Assembly: GCF_009914755.1 (NCBI RefSeq)
Contig: NC_060947.1
Origin: the human T2T-CHM13v2.0 reference genome, Homo sapiens
Reading direction: 5' to 3' (one strand)
Length of the DNA stretch: 64,000 bases
Below are positions 1 through 13,639 of this stretch, one piece after another. The translations under genes and the position numbers were made by a program. The notes beneath the pieces were generated by a model, which saw only the letters and a list, made by a program, of their open reading frames with translations, was not told the origin of the DNA and ran no database searches. Position 1 is the stretch's first letter. Every line of letters begins with the position of its first letter.

Positions 1-200
1 CTCTGTGTGGACTCTCCACATGTTTACTGCAGCAGAGTAACTGGACTTCTCACATGGTTGCTCAAAGCTCTCAAGAGCACAAAAACAAAAACAGTCAAGC
101 CGTATTAAGGCTTAAGACCCAGAACGGACACAGTGTCATTTCTGCTGCATTTTACTGGTTAAATCAATTCCCAGCCCAGATGCAAGGGGAGAGAAATATG
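1..200. mobile_element. MLT1-type (MaLR) LTR fragment
   Basis: Resembles MLT1 consensus (ggacttctcacatgg, gtgtcatttctgctgcattttactggttaaa, ccagcccagatgcaagggga). Confidence 0.6.
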
Positions 201-3200
201 CACTGATGTGAATACTTTCCTATTACCTCACTCACCAACCCTGTTGTTTCAAGAAAACAGAGGTGGCCTGGGCACTCTATTCTTGCCCTCTGGTTCATGG
301 GAGAAGATTGACTGCCTGCAGCAATAAGCAGAGTACTCAGACATCAAAACTTCACCTGCCGCTGCACACACTCTCTCTCCCCGTCCCAGCCTCACTTATA
401 AACATCGCTTGATTTAGAAACTGTCTTCCAATTTCACATATGTAGATTGTATGACTGCCAGGTACTAGGCACTATGCTGTGTTCTGGGAACCTCGGAACA
501 AATAGCAATGGTTTTGATCCTTGAGGATTTCACAGTGCAGCCAACAAAGAAGGGGGGTTAGAACCTATCTTCGAGCTGCCATGAGGTGGCCTCACAAACC
601 AAATCAAAAGCCTAAAGACATCCAGGCTAGATGACAGCCACAATAGCCACTTGACCTAACAGGCTGAGCCCTTGGTCACAAAAGGGCATTTGATTAGTCT
701 AACAAGGCGTAATTTTTGTAAGAACATGAAGCTGTTACCATATGTGGCTTCATTGTTTAGATCAACATTTTTGGATTCTAAAACTATAAGCTAGCTACCT
801 TTACCCTGTGGGACCTGGTACAATTTGCCTTGTTCATAATAGGTGGCAAAGACACATTTATTTTCATGTTGAATTGAATTTACTCAGTGATTTTTTCAAT
901 GTTAAGGAAATGTTGTTTTACTACACATGATACTTAGAATACTACTATAAAAAATAACACCCAGTAGGCCTCCAAATACACATAGATACACACAAATATG
1001 TACTTATGTACATATACATATATATATACGCACAAAAATACATATATAACATAGCTATTAGTCCTAAATTATTTTAGTTTTATTTTAGCCAATTGCATTT
1101 TTTAAATTTCCCAGACACTCCAAGAAGCAAATAGGCACCACTTACACTCTGCAGCCAATCACTTTTAATTCTTCCAGCAGTCATTTTGATAATATCAGAC
1201 ATAATGAAATCACTTATCAGTAATGTGGGGTCTAATTCCCCTTATGCAAAATAGTCTATTTTAATTCAGGTTTGGAATCCCTGCCAGAGCTCTCAAGACT
1301 GCTCCTTCTACAGGGTCATTATTAAAGGAACTTTATTTTTATGATAATACATTCTTATATAAATAGATCTCACACAATAACACAGAATCCCAGCTAGACT
1401 CTCCCACCAGTTGTCATGAAATGCTATCCTACTCTATATTGCACGAGTAAATAAGAAGCAGTTTCTGAACTACACCAAGTTTACTGATGGGGGTTATGAA
1501 GGTAACTCCAGGATCCCTGAAAATCTGTCATTGCAATAACATTTTAGATTGAATGGAATCTTATTAAATCAGATCTAAAGAAACTGAGGGCAGAACTGTT
1601 ATTATCTCTCATGTAAATAAGAGTGGGGGCACATCATTTTTTAAGGCATGTTTTTTCTTGATGGACTATGTGGCTTGTCTGACATCATTAAGTCCCTTTT
1701 TGTGGTTTTAATCTGCAGTTTGGACACTCGAAGTGTTGAGCTATTTTCACTCTTTAAAGTGACATGAGTTTGGTTAATGGAAGAAAGAAAATGAATCCCC
1801 GAGGATCCTCAACTAAAAGCATTACTTATGGGAAAAATCAGTCTTCTATTTGGGTTGGCAAAAATCAGCTGAAGAGAGGTGCTGAGTGGCCAGGAAATGG
1901 AAAGGAAGTTGAAGAAAGGAAAATAGGAAGAGAATGAGTCAAAGCCGTCCCCATGTTCTTCACCATTCTTCTTCACAATGGGATCCTTTTTCTTCTCCAA
2001 GCTCCTTCTTTCACGCATAGAGCCTGAGAGCCTCAAATTGCAGGAAGAAGAGTGGTGATACCATTAACAGCTAAAGGAAAGAAATATCCAGGCCTGCCCC
2101 CAGATTAGCCAGGTACTCTCTCTCTCAGCATAAAACTTGGAAAATAAGAGCATGCATGGTATGAAAAATAGCTTTGTCTTAAAGTATCTAAAGAGAAAAA
2201 AAGACCAAATCACAATGTTAAACTTACTGTGAAAGTGTTTTATTCATTCCATTTTCCTGCCTTGATACATCTCATCCTTACACATGGATTTGTGCTTCAC
2301 CAGTTACTGTTTATGTTAGAATCCTTGGACCAAATTCATAGAAAAAGATTCAACCCTAACTCTGTTGAATATTTTTATTGTTTAATGCAACCAGATCTGT
2401 GATTCATTAACTGCTTGTCATGTTTTGATATGTGGATCAGGAATTGATCAACAGCTGGCAAAATTTAATAGAAGGAGCTCATTTCTGGAGAAACAAGCTC
2501 GTTGCCATGCCAACTATCGATCTTCCCTGATGGAGGCTCTGCAGTCAGTCACAAAATGGGCCCTGTTAGGCAGGCCCTACAGTCTGCCCATAGGAAATCA
2601 CTGGGTTGCCAACCTCAAATGAGTTCCTGAAAATGACTTCAGGTTCACAGTGGAGAGAACTGGGCTACATGTGTTTGCAGGAAAGTCTCTGACTCACAAT
2701 TGTGTGGGACACATCTATTCCATTGAACACCTGAGAATCTTGACACATAGCTGGGTATGGAATGCAACATTATTGAAATACATTGCATTCTGCTTGTGCA
2801 GTGCATAGCATATTATAGCCATGAAGAGAGAATGAACAGCTTAATTTATTACTGTTTCATGTTTACGAAATATAAATGCAAAGAAATCTGTTTATTCTGT
2901 GTCATTACGTACTCACTTTTTAGGTGTGAGAAAGATTAATAGCAGCTTTATCAAAGAGAGATCTGGGTCTGTACTGTGTTGTATAACATAAAGGCCAGGG
3001 AAAAAAAGAGAGAGAGAATAATAATCAAAGAACCCTTTGAACTTTTTGAAACTCTGAAAACTCCTTTAAAGTTAAGAAGTTATCAGAATATTTGAAAATG
3101 TCACAGATTCTAATTTGAGGAATTTCATTTGCTTTTATAGGAGCTGAGACATCTTTAAATGTAGAAATTACATTTCACTGTATTGTTACCAAGTGAATAG

Positions 3201-3622
3201 AGTGCTTTTAACATTTACTCAACAAATACTATTTGAACGCCTATAATGCAGAAGGCAAAGCTCATGAATATAACTGCTACATGCACAACAATTGTTTTAA
3301 AATCATACTGCCCTATGTATTGTGATCAAAGATAAAGTCATCCTGTGTTAAGCCTTGTCTAGTAAACTTGAAGCCTCTTGGACATGATTTCCTCCTCCCT
3401 TGTCAACTGGACTCGAGGTCATGAGGGGCCCACTCTCAAACGGAACCAGCCCTCACATCTATAGTTAATTAATTTTTGACAAGGGTGCCAAAACCATTCA
3501 ATGGGGAAAGGACAGTCTTTTCAACAAATAGTGCTGAGAAAACTGTATACTTGCAGTAAAAGAATAAAACTGGATCTTTACTTAAATCCGTATATAAAAA
3601 TTAACTCAAAATGAATCAAAAT

Positions 3623-3900
3623 TATACAACATGATGTTTTGATATACATATACATAGTAAAGTGATTACTACAGTCAAGCAAATTAACATATTCATCACC
3701 TCATATAGTTACCTTCCTTTTTTTTGTTGTGAGAGTGCTCAAACACTACTCTTTTAGCAAATATCCAGTATGCAATAAAACATTATTAATTATAGTTCTG
3801 ACACTCTACATTAGATCTCTAGGCTTAAACATTTTATATAGCTTTGTACCCTTTGTACCCTTTGACCCATACTTGTCCATTTTCCTCCTTTTCTTGCCCA
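3623..3900 (-). mobile_element. L1MA (L1MA8-10-like) 3' end fragment
   Basis: tatacaacatgatgttttgatatac...gattactacagtcaagcaaattaacatattcatcacctc typical of antisense L1MA 3' ends. Confidence 0.75.
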
Positions 3901-3907
3901 TAGTTAC

Positions 3908-4173
3908 CACTGTCACCCAGGCTGGAGTGCAGTGGTGCGATCTCAGCTCACTGTAACCTCTGCCTCCTGGGTTCAAGCAATTCTCTGCTTCAGCTTCCGG
4001 AATAGCTGGGATTTCAGGCACCCACCACGGCGCCTGGCTAATTTTTTGTATTTTTAGTAGAGATGAGGTTTCACCGTCTTGGCCAGGCTGGTCTTGAACT
4101 CCTGACCTTGTGATCCACCCGCCTCAGCCTCCCAAAGTGCTGGGATTACAGGTGTGAGCCACAGCGCCTGTCC
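3908..4173 (-). mobile_element. Alu (AluS-like) lacking its A-tail
   Basis: Alu consensus match. Confidence 0.95.
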
Positions 4174-4585
4174 TCAAATGTTATGTATATAATAAAAATA
4201 ACAAATTTTCAAAAAGACACATTAAAAATGTAAATAAAATAAAACTGGGCATTTTGTAAATGCTCTTTTATAACTTACATTTTCTATTTTACAATATATT
4301 TTAAACATTTAAACACATCATTGTTATTATTATTAATATAACATTATTATTAAACATGAGTTTAATAACTGAAAAATAGATCAAAGGCCTAAATGTAAAA
4401 CCTAAAACTGTAAAGCTCTTAGAAGAAAACATTGGAAAAAATCTTCATATCTGATTTTGCAATGACTTCATGAATATGACATCAAAAGCACAGGCAACAA
4501 AAGCAAAAAAAAAAGATAAATTGGACTTCACCAAAATTAAGAATGTTTGTGCACCAAAGGATACTATTAAGAAAGTAAAAAGACA

Positions 4586-4853
4586 TATAATCCCAGCACT
4601 TTGGGAGACCGAGGCAGGTGGATCACTTGAGGCCAGGAGTTTGAGACCAGCCTGGGCAACATGGTGAAACCCTGTCTCTACTAAAAATAAACAATGAGCC
4701 AGGCGTGGTGGCGCATGCCTGTAATCCCAGCTACTCAGGAGGCTGAGGCAGGAGAATCGCTTGAACCCGGGAGACAGAGGTTACAGTAAGCCGAGATCAT
4801 GCCACTGAACTCCAGCCTGGATGACAGAGTGAGACCCTATCTCAAAAAAAAGA
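4586..4853 (+). mobile_element. 5'-truncated Alu with 17-bp TSD
   Basis: TSD aagaaagtaaaaagaca at 4569-4585 and 4854-4870. Confidence 0.95.
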
Positions 4854-5914
4854 AAGAAAGTAAAAAGACAATCTACTGAATGGGAGAAAATATTTGTAAA
4901 TCATATATCTGATAAGGCATTAATATTCAGAATATATAAAGAATTCCTACAGTTCAATAATAAAAAACAAATAATCCAATTTATAACTGGGCAAAGGACT
5001 TGAATAGATATTTCTGCAAAGAAGATACACAAATAGCCAATAGGCACATGAAAAGATACTCAATATTATTACTTCTCTAGAAATGCAAATCAAAACTACA
5101 ATGAGATACCACTACTCACACACTAGGATGGCTATAATTTAAAAACAAAACAAAACAACAACAACAACAACAAACAACCCAGAAAATAACAAGTGTTGAC
5201 AAGGTTGTGAAAAAATCGGACCTTTCATGTATTGCTGGTGGGAGTGTTAAAATGGTGTGGCCACCATAGAAGACAGTCTGGTGATTTCACAAATGTTAAA
5301 CATAGAAGTCCATATGGCCTGGCAATTCTACTCCTAGATATTAATATATATTTAAAAGATTTGAAAGCAGAGGCTCAAAATAATCTTTGTACATAGCAGC
5401 ATTATTGACAATAGCCAAAAGGTGGAAACAACCCAAGTATCCATCAACCAATGAATAAACAAAATATTATATTTTATATACATATATAGATATTACAATG
5501 AAATATTATTGTCATAAAAAGGAAACAAATTTGATATATGCTACCACATAGATGACACTTGAAACATTATGATAAGAGAAATAAGGCAAAAAAACAAATA
5601 TTATATGATTCTGCTTATATGAGATACCTAGAAGAGTCAGAATACTGGTTAGAGACAGAAAGTAGAATAATGGTTACCAGGGGCTTTGGGGAGAGGGGAA
5701 TGGGGAATTATTTTTTAGTGGGTACAGAGTTTCTCTTTCAGATGATGAAAAGATTCTGGAGATAGACGATGGTGATGGTTACACAACAATGTGAATGTAC
5801 TTAATGCCAGTGAACTGTACACTTAAAAATAGCTAAAATAATAAATGTTTTGTAAGCAAATTTTACCGCAATACAAAAGTAAAGTTGAGAGATTTCCTGA
5901 TTCTTTTTTTCTTT

Positions 5915-6225
5915 TTAATTTTATTTATTTATTTATTTATTTTTTGAGACAGAGTCTCACTCTGTCACCCAGGCTGGAGTGCAGTAGCGTGATCTTGGCT
6001 CACTGCAACCTCCACCTCCCAGGTTCAAGTGATTCTCGTGCCTCGGCCTCCTGAGCAGTTGGGACTACAGGCATGCACCACCACGCTTGGCTAACTTTTA
6101 CATTTTTAGTAGAAACGGGGTTTCACCATATTGGCCAGGCTGGTCTCGAACTCCTGACCTTGTGATCTGCCCGCCTCAGCCTCCCAAAGTGCTGGGATTG
6201 CAGGCGTGACCCATCGCGCTTGGCC
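5915..6225 (-). mobile_element. Alu (AluS-like)
   Basis: Alu consensus with (TTTA)n tail. Confidence 0.95.
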
Positions 6226-6303
6226 ATCCCTTTCTCTTTCTACCTTTAAAGATATAAGCCCTTAAGATCTCACCTCCAGGTAGGTTTTCTCTCTCTGATT
6301 CTA

Positions 6304-6308
<5 letters not shown>

Positions 6309-6338
<30 letters not shown>
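6309..6338 (+). repeat. (AC)15 microsatellite
   Basis: Direct read. Confidence 0.95.
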
Positions 6339-6342
<4 letters not shown>

Positions 6343-6499
6343 CCAGAATTATCTACTACCACTCTCTTTTCTAATTAACACTCTCATCGAAGACTTATTT
6401 CTCCACTTTCATCTTAGCTTCACACAGTGTTACTATTTTCTGTTTCCTTCCATCTCCCCCACTGCTGTGAGCATCGTGAGGACAGAGGCTGTCTTTTGT

Positions 6500-6700
6500 T
6501 TATGACAGCAGAACAAATGGGAATGCAAGCTTTGGATGTAGTTGGCCTTAGAGACCAACTCCAAATCTGCCACTAACTAGCCAGGGGACCTTAAGCAAGT
6601 GATTGCATCTCTCTACAACTGTTTCCTCTCCTGCAAACTAAGGAATGTTTTAAATGAGGTGATACATATAAAGTGTTCAGAATCATAAGCACTAAAAAAA
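6500..6700 (+). mobile_element. MIR fragment
   Basis: ctgccactaactagc..gaccttaagcaagt..tttcctctcctgcaaa MIR core. Confidence 0.55.
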
Positions 6701-6845
6701 TCTTAGTTATAAGATAAATAATAATTTTAATAATAAATATTAAATGCTTTTAATGTAAAAAATGAACTTTAATAAATATAATGATTTATGTTATAATTAT
6801 GATTATAATCATAATTATAATTATTATGCCCCATGCCTGACACAT

Positions 6846-7262
6846 AAAGTGAAATAAGCCAGAAAAAGAAGGATAAATACTACATCTCCTCACTCATATT
6901 TGGAAGCTAAAAAAGTTGATCTTTAGAGAAATAGAGAGTAGAATAGTGGTTACCAGAGCCTGGGAAGAGGAGGTGGGGAGGACACAGCTAGAGATTGGTT
7001 AACAGATACAAAATTACAGCTAGACAGGAGGAATAAGTTCTAGTGTTCTATAGCACTGTAGAGTGACTACAATTAACAACAATTTATTATATATTATCAA
7101 ATAGCTAGAAGAGAGGGTTTTGAATGTTCCCGATATGAGAAATGATAAGTGTTGGAGGTGATGGATATGCTAATTACCTTGATTTGATCACTATACACTG
7201 TATGTATGGAAACATCAGTGTGTACCACGTAAATATGTAGAATTATTATGTGTAAAATTTAA
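6846..7262 (+). mobile_element. L1MA 3' end
   Basis: aagtgaaataagccag...tacaaaattacagctagacaggaggaataagttctagtgttcta. Confidence 0.85.
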
Positions 7263-7794
7263 AACAAATTTAAATATTGAACACACATTCTAATTCTGAT
7301 TTAAATATTAGATGATAAAATTTATAGAATAAAATATTATCAAAAATAGCGAGGTAAACATATAAAATAAAGACAATGTAAAAATAGTAAAAGTTTTAAG
7401 ATGAGACATTACTTCAGCTATTTTTAAAAATGCAATCTTAAAAGACAATGTGCAACAGCATGCATGCATTAAGATGTCAGTTCTTTTGTGCAAAATATTT
7501 TAAGCTTCAGTTAGAAATTATGATTCTTTGCTTATAAGTAGAGTGTTAAGGAAATAGTGTTATGACAATCGAAACATTTTCCTCTAACTCTTTCATCTTC
7601 AAATAATCCTATATCTTGTCTTATAATTTTAAAGAAACCTTTTTGAAGACTTTTATTGGGGGAGAGGGATCAGAGACTGAAATCTTTATATTGAGAGTGA
7701 GATGTTACTCTTGTTTAGAGAAAGCATTTCTAGTTTGTCTTCCTCTTTATTAGTTTCGTTGTATATAAATGGAGATTTTGGTTTAGAATTACTG

Positions 7795-8101
7795 GGTTTT
7801 TCTGTTGTTGTTGTTGAGACAGGGTCTCACTCCTGTCTCTCTGGCTGGAGTGCAGTTGGGCAATCTCAGCTGACTGCAGCCTCAACTTCTTGGGCTCAGG
7901 TGATCTGCCCATCTCAGCATCCTAAGTAGCTGGGACTACAGGTGCGCACCACCACGCCCAGCTAATTTTTCATTTTTATTTTTTTGTAGCGATGGGGTTT
8001 CACCATGCTGCCCAGGCTGGTCTCCAACTCCTGGGCTCAAGCGATTGGCCCACCTGGGCCTCCCAAAGTGCTGGGATTACAGGCATGAGCCACCGCACCC
8101 C
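7795..8101 (-). mobile_element. Alu (AluJ-like)
   Basis: Alu consensus with ctcctgggctcaagcg. Confidence 0.93.
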
Positions 8102-8201
8102 ACCACCTGTATCAATTTCTATATTATATTTCCTTTATACTTTGTTTGAAAGGTAGTCTAAAATAAAATTGGTTCTTTCAATAGAAAAAAACAGTAATTT
8201 T

Positions 8202-8525
8202 TTAATTCAAGATGGATTAAAGACTTAAATGTTAGACCTAAAACCATAAAAACCCTAGAAGAAAATCTAGGCAATACCATTCAGGCCATAGGCATGGGCA
8301 AGGACTTCATGACTAAAACACCAAAAGCAATAGCAACAAAAGCCAAAATTGACAAATGGGATCTAATTAAACTAAAGAGCTTCTGCACGGCAAAAGAAAC
8401 TACCATCAGAGTGAACAGGCAACCTACAGAATGGGAGAAAATTTTTACAATCTACCCATCTGACAAAGGGCTAATATCCAGAATCTACAAAGAACTTAAA
8501 CAAATTTACAAGATTTACAAAGAAA
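8202..8525 (+). mobile_element. Isolated L1PA ORF2 internal fragment
   Basis: Peptide [51 protein letters not shown] is near-intact primate L1 ORF2. Confidence 0.93.
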
Positions 8526-10164
8526 CTGTACACATGGCATGCCTTTGTGTCTCATCATGCAGCCTCATCTTATCTGTAGACACCTCTTTCCAATTCCGTT
8601 TGCATTTTTGAGGACAGTTTGAAATTTTTCCACACACATCCAGGTGTACCCCATCCAAAAAGTCTTTCAGGACTCCTTGAACCTATTGTTATTCTTTTCA
8701 GAATTCCCATAGTATATTAGATCTCATCTTTGCTATATGCAACTTGGTGCCTAAACATAATCTATTGTCCCAATAATAATAGTTCTTATATCATGAGTGC
8801 AAGATAAACACTGAGCTACATTTTGAAGATCCAATCAGAAGGACACAGTTCTTATCCTTTCTTAGGAACTCACAGGCTAATGAGAAAGAGAACCAAGGAG
8901 CTGTGATCTGTTGTGATTTGTGGTGCAGAGAGGGGCACACAAGTAGATACTTGAAACAGTAGATACTTGAAATTACTAATTGATTCATTTCCAGATACAT
9001 AACCAAGCCAATAACAACACAAAGCCCAATCTATAGTTTTTCTTTTGCTTCCTGTATCTACTTTTGCACTATTTCTTAAAAGTGGGGGTGAATACAGGTA
9101 GACCCCAATCCAGTAACAATTTGAACCAAAGCCTTCCTTGTGTTTTTAGTTCCTAATCTTAAATGTTTGAGGAGTTATTTTATAGACACAAAGAGATATT
9201 TTCAAAAAGAGTTTTTAGCATTTACTCAGCACTAAATAGGTGCTAGACACAGTACCAGAAATTTCCCTGTATTAACCCGTTAATCATCAACATAATTCTT
9301 TTTACAAATGAGAAAACTGAGTCTTAAGGAATTTAAATAACCTGCCAATTTTACGCAGCTATTAAGTGGCAGGACAGAGATTTGTGCCAGGACTTTCCAC
9401 TCCTTGCGAGCATGTAATGCTGCCTCTTTTACATAACTGTTGAGTTAACATAATTATGAATTCACGTTTCTCTTTCTATTACTGAGGCAGGACATCCCAG
9501 ACTGGAATTTGAAATGCATTTTACCTAAGGAAATATGCTATAAATGGTATTTATGTGTGGTTGAAATGAGATAGAAAATAGTCAGGAAATTAAATCACAG
9601 AGAAAGAGTCAAGTCAGAAATCACCGAACAATAGGCAAGATGCCCTCAGGCCCAGACCCACCAAAATAAACGGATTAATTTTTTATAAATGTGCAAAATC
9701 ATCCAAGGTGTAAAGGATTATAAATATAAACCCTGGAAATTTAAAGAAGATTTTTGCCTCTCTAGGCCAGACAGAAAGAGAATGTTAACAGCAAAGTGCC
9801 ATTTGTCCAAAATTATATTCAACACAGCTATCTGAGCATACACCATACAAGGCTATGGACGCTAAACACATGGCCAAAGCCACATAATTCAACTTGTTCC
9901 CAGGACAAAACTATGACATTTTTAGAGCCTATTTCCCTAACCATGCTGTTTCTTAGTCTCCTTAGAAAGTCCAAAGTAGAGGAGAACCCAAGTGTGGCTA
10001 TACTTCTCCTGATTCCAATTGGCCTATCCAAATACCCTACTGTTTAATTGAACAGAAATATGAGCCGAACTGCAATCATCTAATGCCAAAACATTTTAGA
10101 ATTCTCCTTCCTTTCTTCCACATATGTTCAGACTCTTTGACACAAAGAAATGTAACAGCTATTA

Positions 10165-10924
<760 letters not shown>

Positions 10925-12819
10925 TTAAAGTTAAGAAGTTATTGACTCAAGAATGAACTATTTGAAGTGCATCTTACTGAGACTTAATAAGATCTTAAAT
11001 GGTACAAACCAAATCCCAACGTAAAAAGTACATTGACATCTTTTTCTCCATTGAGAAATATTTTACCTAATGCATTACTTGCATTTTACGAGGCTATCCT
11101 TAATCATGACAATATTCCTTGTGGTTGATATACTCAGTTATGTGGATAAACATTTGGGGATCCCAGGGTTACTTTACACATAACTCGTAAGCTGAAATGA
11201 ATGTGATCTTGCCAGAGATGTTGGTTGGCTATGATTGCCAACCTGATCACTGTAGGATGCCTCTGGAAGTTCTGGAAGACAAACGTGCCTTCCCTTGGAA
11301 AGAGTAGAGAGAAAAGATCCGATCTGATTTTTCACGAGTGAACTCCCTGGGGAACAAAAACCACTCTGTGCAGTGAGGCTAACCAAGCTCATGCAAAACA
11401 AGGAGAATTTAGAACAATTTTCCAGAAGCATGAAACACTATCCAATAAAGGTGCAGCTAAGGTATATAGATGTTTCAACTATGGTTGACAGATTCAGCTG
11501 GAACCTGGGATCATCATGACCCCAGGAAAAGAGGTCAAGGCATCCTCACTAGGTCACAGTAATCTACTTCTATTTTATCTGTTAGGCTGCATCTCCTCTT
11601 GATCTGGATTCTTGAAGTAATGGGTTATGGAGTTTTCTCATCTATTCCTTAGGAAAATCCTCTGCTCAGAAATAATACAAAGAGACAAGAAATGATATGT
11701 CCATTCTACCAGGCCCCTTTTCAGCTCTACTCCAAACTATTCTCTCAATGCTGTCAAACTGCATCTCGACATTTTACATAGGACTGAGGTTATAGATGTA
11801 TAGATGTTTAGAAATGAAAGGGCTTATAGGGGTCATCCAGTCCAGCTGTCTCTGATTTACACATGAGTTCAGTATAAACCCAGATAGCATAAGTGACTTG
11901 TCCAAGGTCACTTAGCTAGTTAGGGTGCCCAGTGTTGTGTTCATTCTCTTGCCCTCTTTGTCTTGAGATCACATTTCCAGGACTCTGTTACTTACTGGCA
12001 GGACTCAGGCCCAGGGCTTACTCTAGGCTTTATGAGTCATTGCTATGCTTCTGGCTGCCTTGTTAGAGGACAGAGTTGGGTTGAGCTGTTGAAAATTTGG
12101 CAGTGTTCAGGAAAGGAAAAACTGATGAAGTTGCAGGAGTTCCACATATTTTCCCAACCTGCACCATGCGTGTAGTTCAAGGCCAGACCAATGGGTCCTG
12201 GATCCCTATCTTCTACCTCCAATTCTTTAGGTTGCATTTTTTTTTAAATTTCTCCCACACATTCTGGGCTGCTACCCATAATCCTCTTACCTTCACTTTA
12301 CCCACCGGAGAACACATTGGAAAGGAAATGAAGGGAAGGACAGAATCTTCCTGTTGGCCCACATCCCCTTGGGGCAGTCTTCGGATGTTCCGTGTAAAGA
12401 TGAGCCACTGGATCAAGGAGGATTGGCCCTATTATAGAGAGGGGGTGCTAGTTTGGCCCTGGCTAAGATAGGACTTACAGGAGCTCAGTTAGGGCATCTC
12501 CAGGTGGCATTGGAATTGCTTTTTGGGGACCTGAGGGAATAAAAGCATCTGTCATCAGTTGGTATGATGGCAGGTGGGATAAGATGCCATCATCATGAAC
12601 TCATGTTTGGAAGGGATTTAAAAAGTAACTTCATCTAATATATTTCTCTCCAAGACTCCACAAATACAGTGAAGCACATTAACCACTTTGAGCCACTCTG
12701 CTTGCTTTGACACATTACAGAGGAAGCCACTTTACCAGAAATTGCTTTATTCATTTTAATAACTACCACTGAGTTGCTACTGTTTTGTGCTGCTTGCTCT
12801 ATATAATTTAATTCACTTG

Positions 12820-12990
12820 AAAACTGTAAAGACAGCCACCATTATTCACTTTCTTTTGAAGATATGGAAACTGAGGTTTAGAGCTCTTAAGTAATTTGTC
12901 CCAGGTCAGGAAGCTAGTTAGTGGCAAGAAGTAGGGATTCATAACCCTCCTAAAATTGTTTGACACAAAAGCCTGTGCATTGACCACAAG
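12820..12990 (-). mobile_element. MIR
   Basis: gaagatatggaaactgaggtttagag..aagtaatttgtcccaggtca. Confidence 0.6.
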
Positions 12991-13030
12991 ACTTTTGAGA
13001 AAGTGAGAGAATGAGTGAGTGAGTGAATGA

Positions 13031-13031
<1 letters not shown>

Positions 13032-13066
<35 letters not shown>
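13032..13066 (+). repeat. (GT)n(GA)n microsatellite
   Basis: Direct read. Confidence 0.9.
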
Positions 13067-13325
13067 GTGTTTGTGGTAGGCTGGAGAGGCCAAACTGGAG
13101 TCCTCATAAGCTCAGCCTGGCACAGAGGGTGAGAGTCAGCTAAAACTTTGTAGGAATGGGGCATTTTGAGGTGGGGACAGGACGGGCCACTGTTCCCCAT
13201 GCCTAGATAGACTAACAGCTGAAGCTACTGTTTTCCCCAGGGTATCATTGGGTTCTTGTCACAAAGCACCTCAGGACATCCCAGACCAGCGCCAGACATG
13301 CATAAGTACTAGAGCAGTACTTATT

Positions 13326-13369
13326 CACTCACTCACTCACTCACTCACTCACTCACTCACTCACTCACT
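13326..13369 (+). repeat. (TCAC)n tetranucleotide repeat
   Basis: Direct read. Confidence 0.95.
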
Positions 13370-13639
13370 TTCTCTTCAGCACCTTGCCTTGAGATGCTCC
13401 AGCGCTGGGCTTTTCCTGCTTTAACCTTTCCAAACCAAAAAAGGTGTGCTCATTCCTTCTCCTGGAGCTAGGGACCCTCGAGTCCAGACTGAATGCAGGC
13501 TGCTTCCGCGAAGAGACGGTGGAGGTGGTGCTAGCAGGCACATCGTAATTCTTTCCCAAACGTTCCTTGTGCCCAAGTCTTCCGGAATGGCTCCGGGGAA
13601 CCCAGTCTAGGTACTACCTTATTTACACTTGACCTCGCC

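Larger units (their letters stand above)
3455..5880 (+). mobile_element. Old L1M (L1MB-like) 3' ORF2/3' UTR, interrupted at 3621-4372 and 4586-4853
   Basis: L1 ORF2-like tttgacaagggtgccaa...aattaactcaaaatg resumes at ~4373; degenerate ORF2 peptide [21 protein letters not shown]; L1M 3' end near 5880. Confidence 0.85.

Noticed and set aside
8294-8611. 105-aa ORF as a gene
   Set aside because: L1 ORF2 fragment running into unrelated flanking DNA
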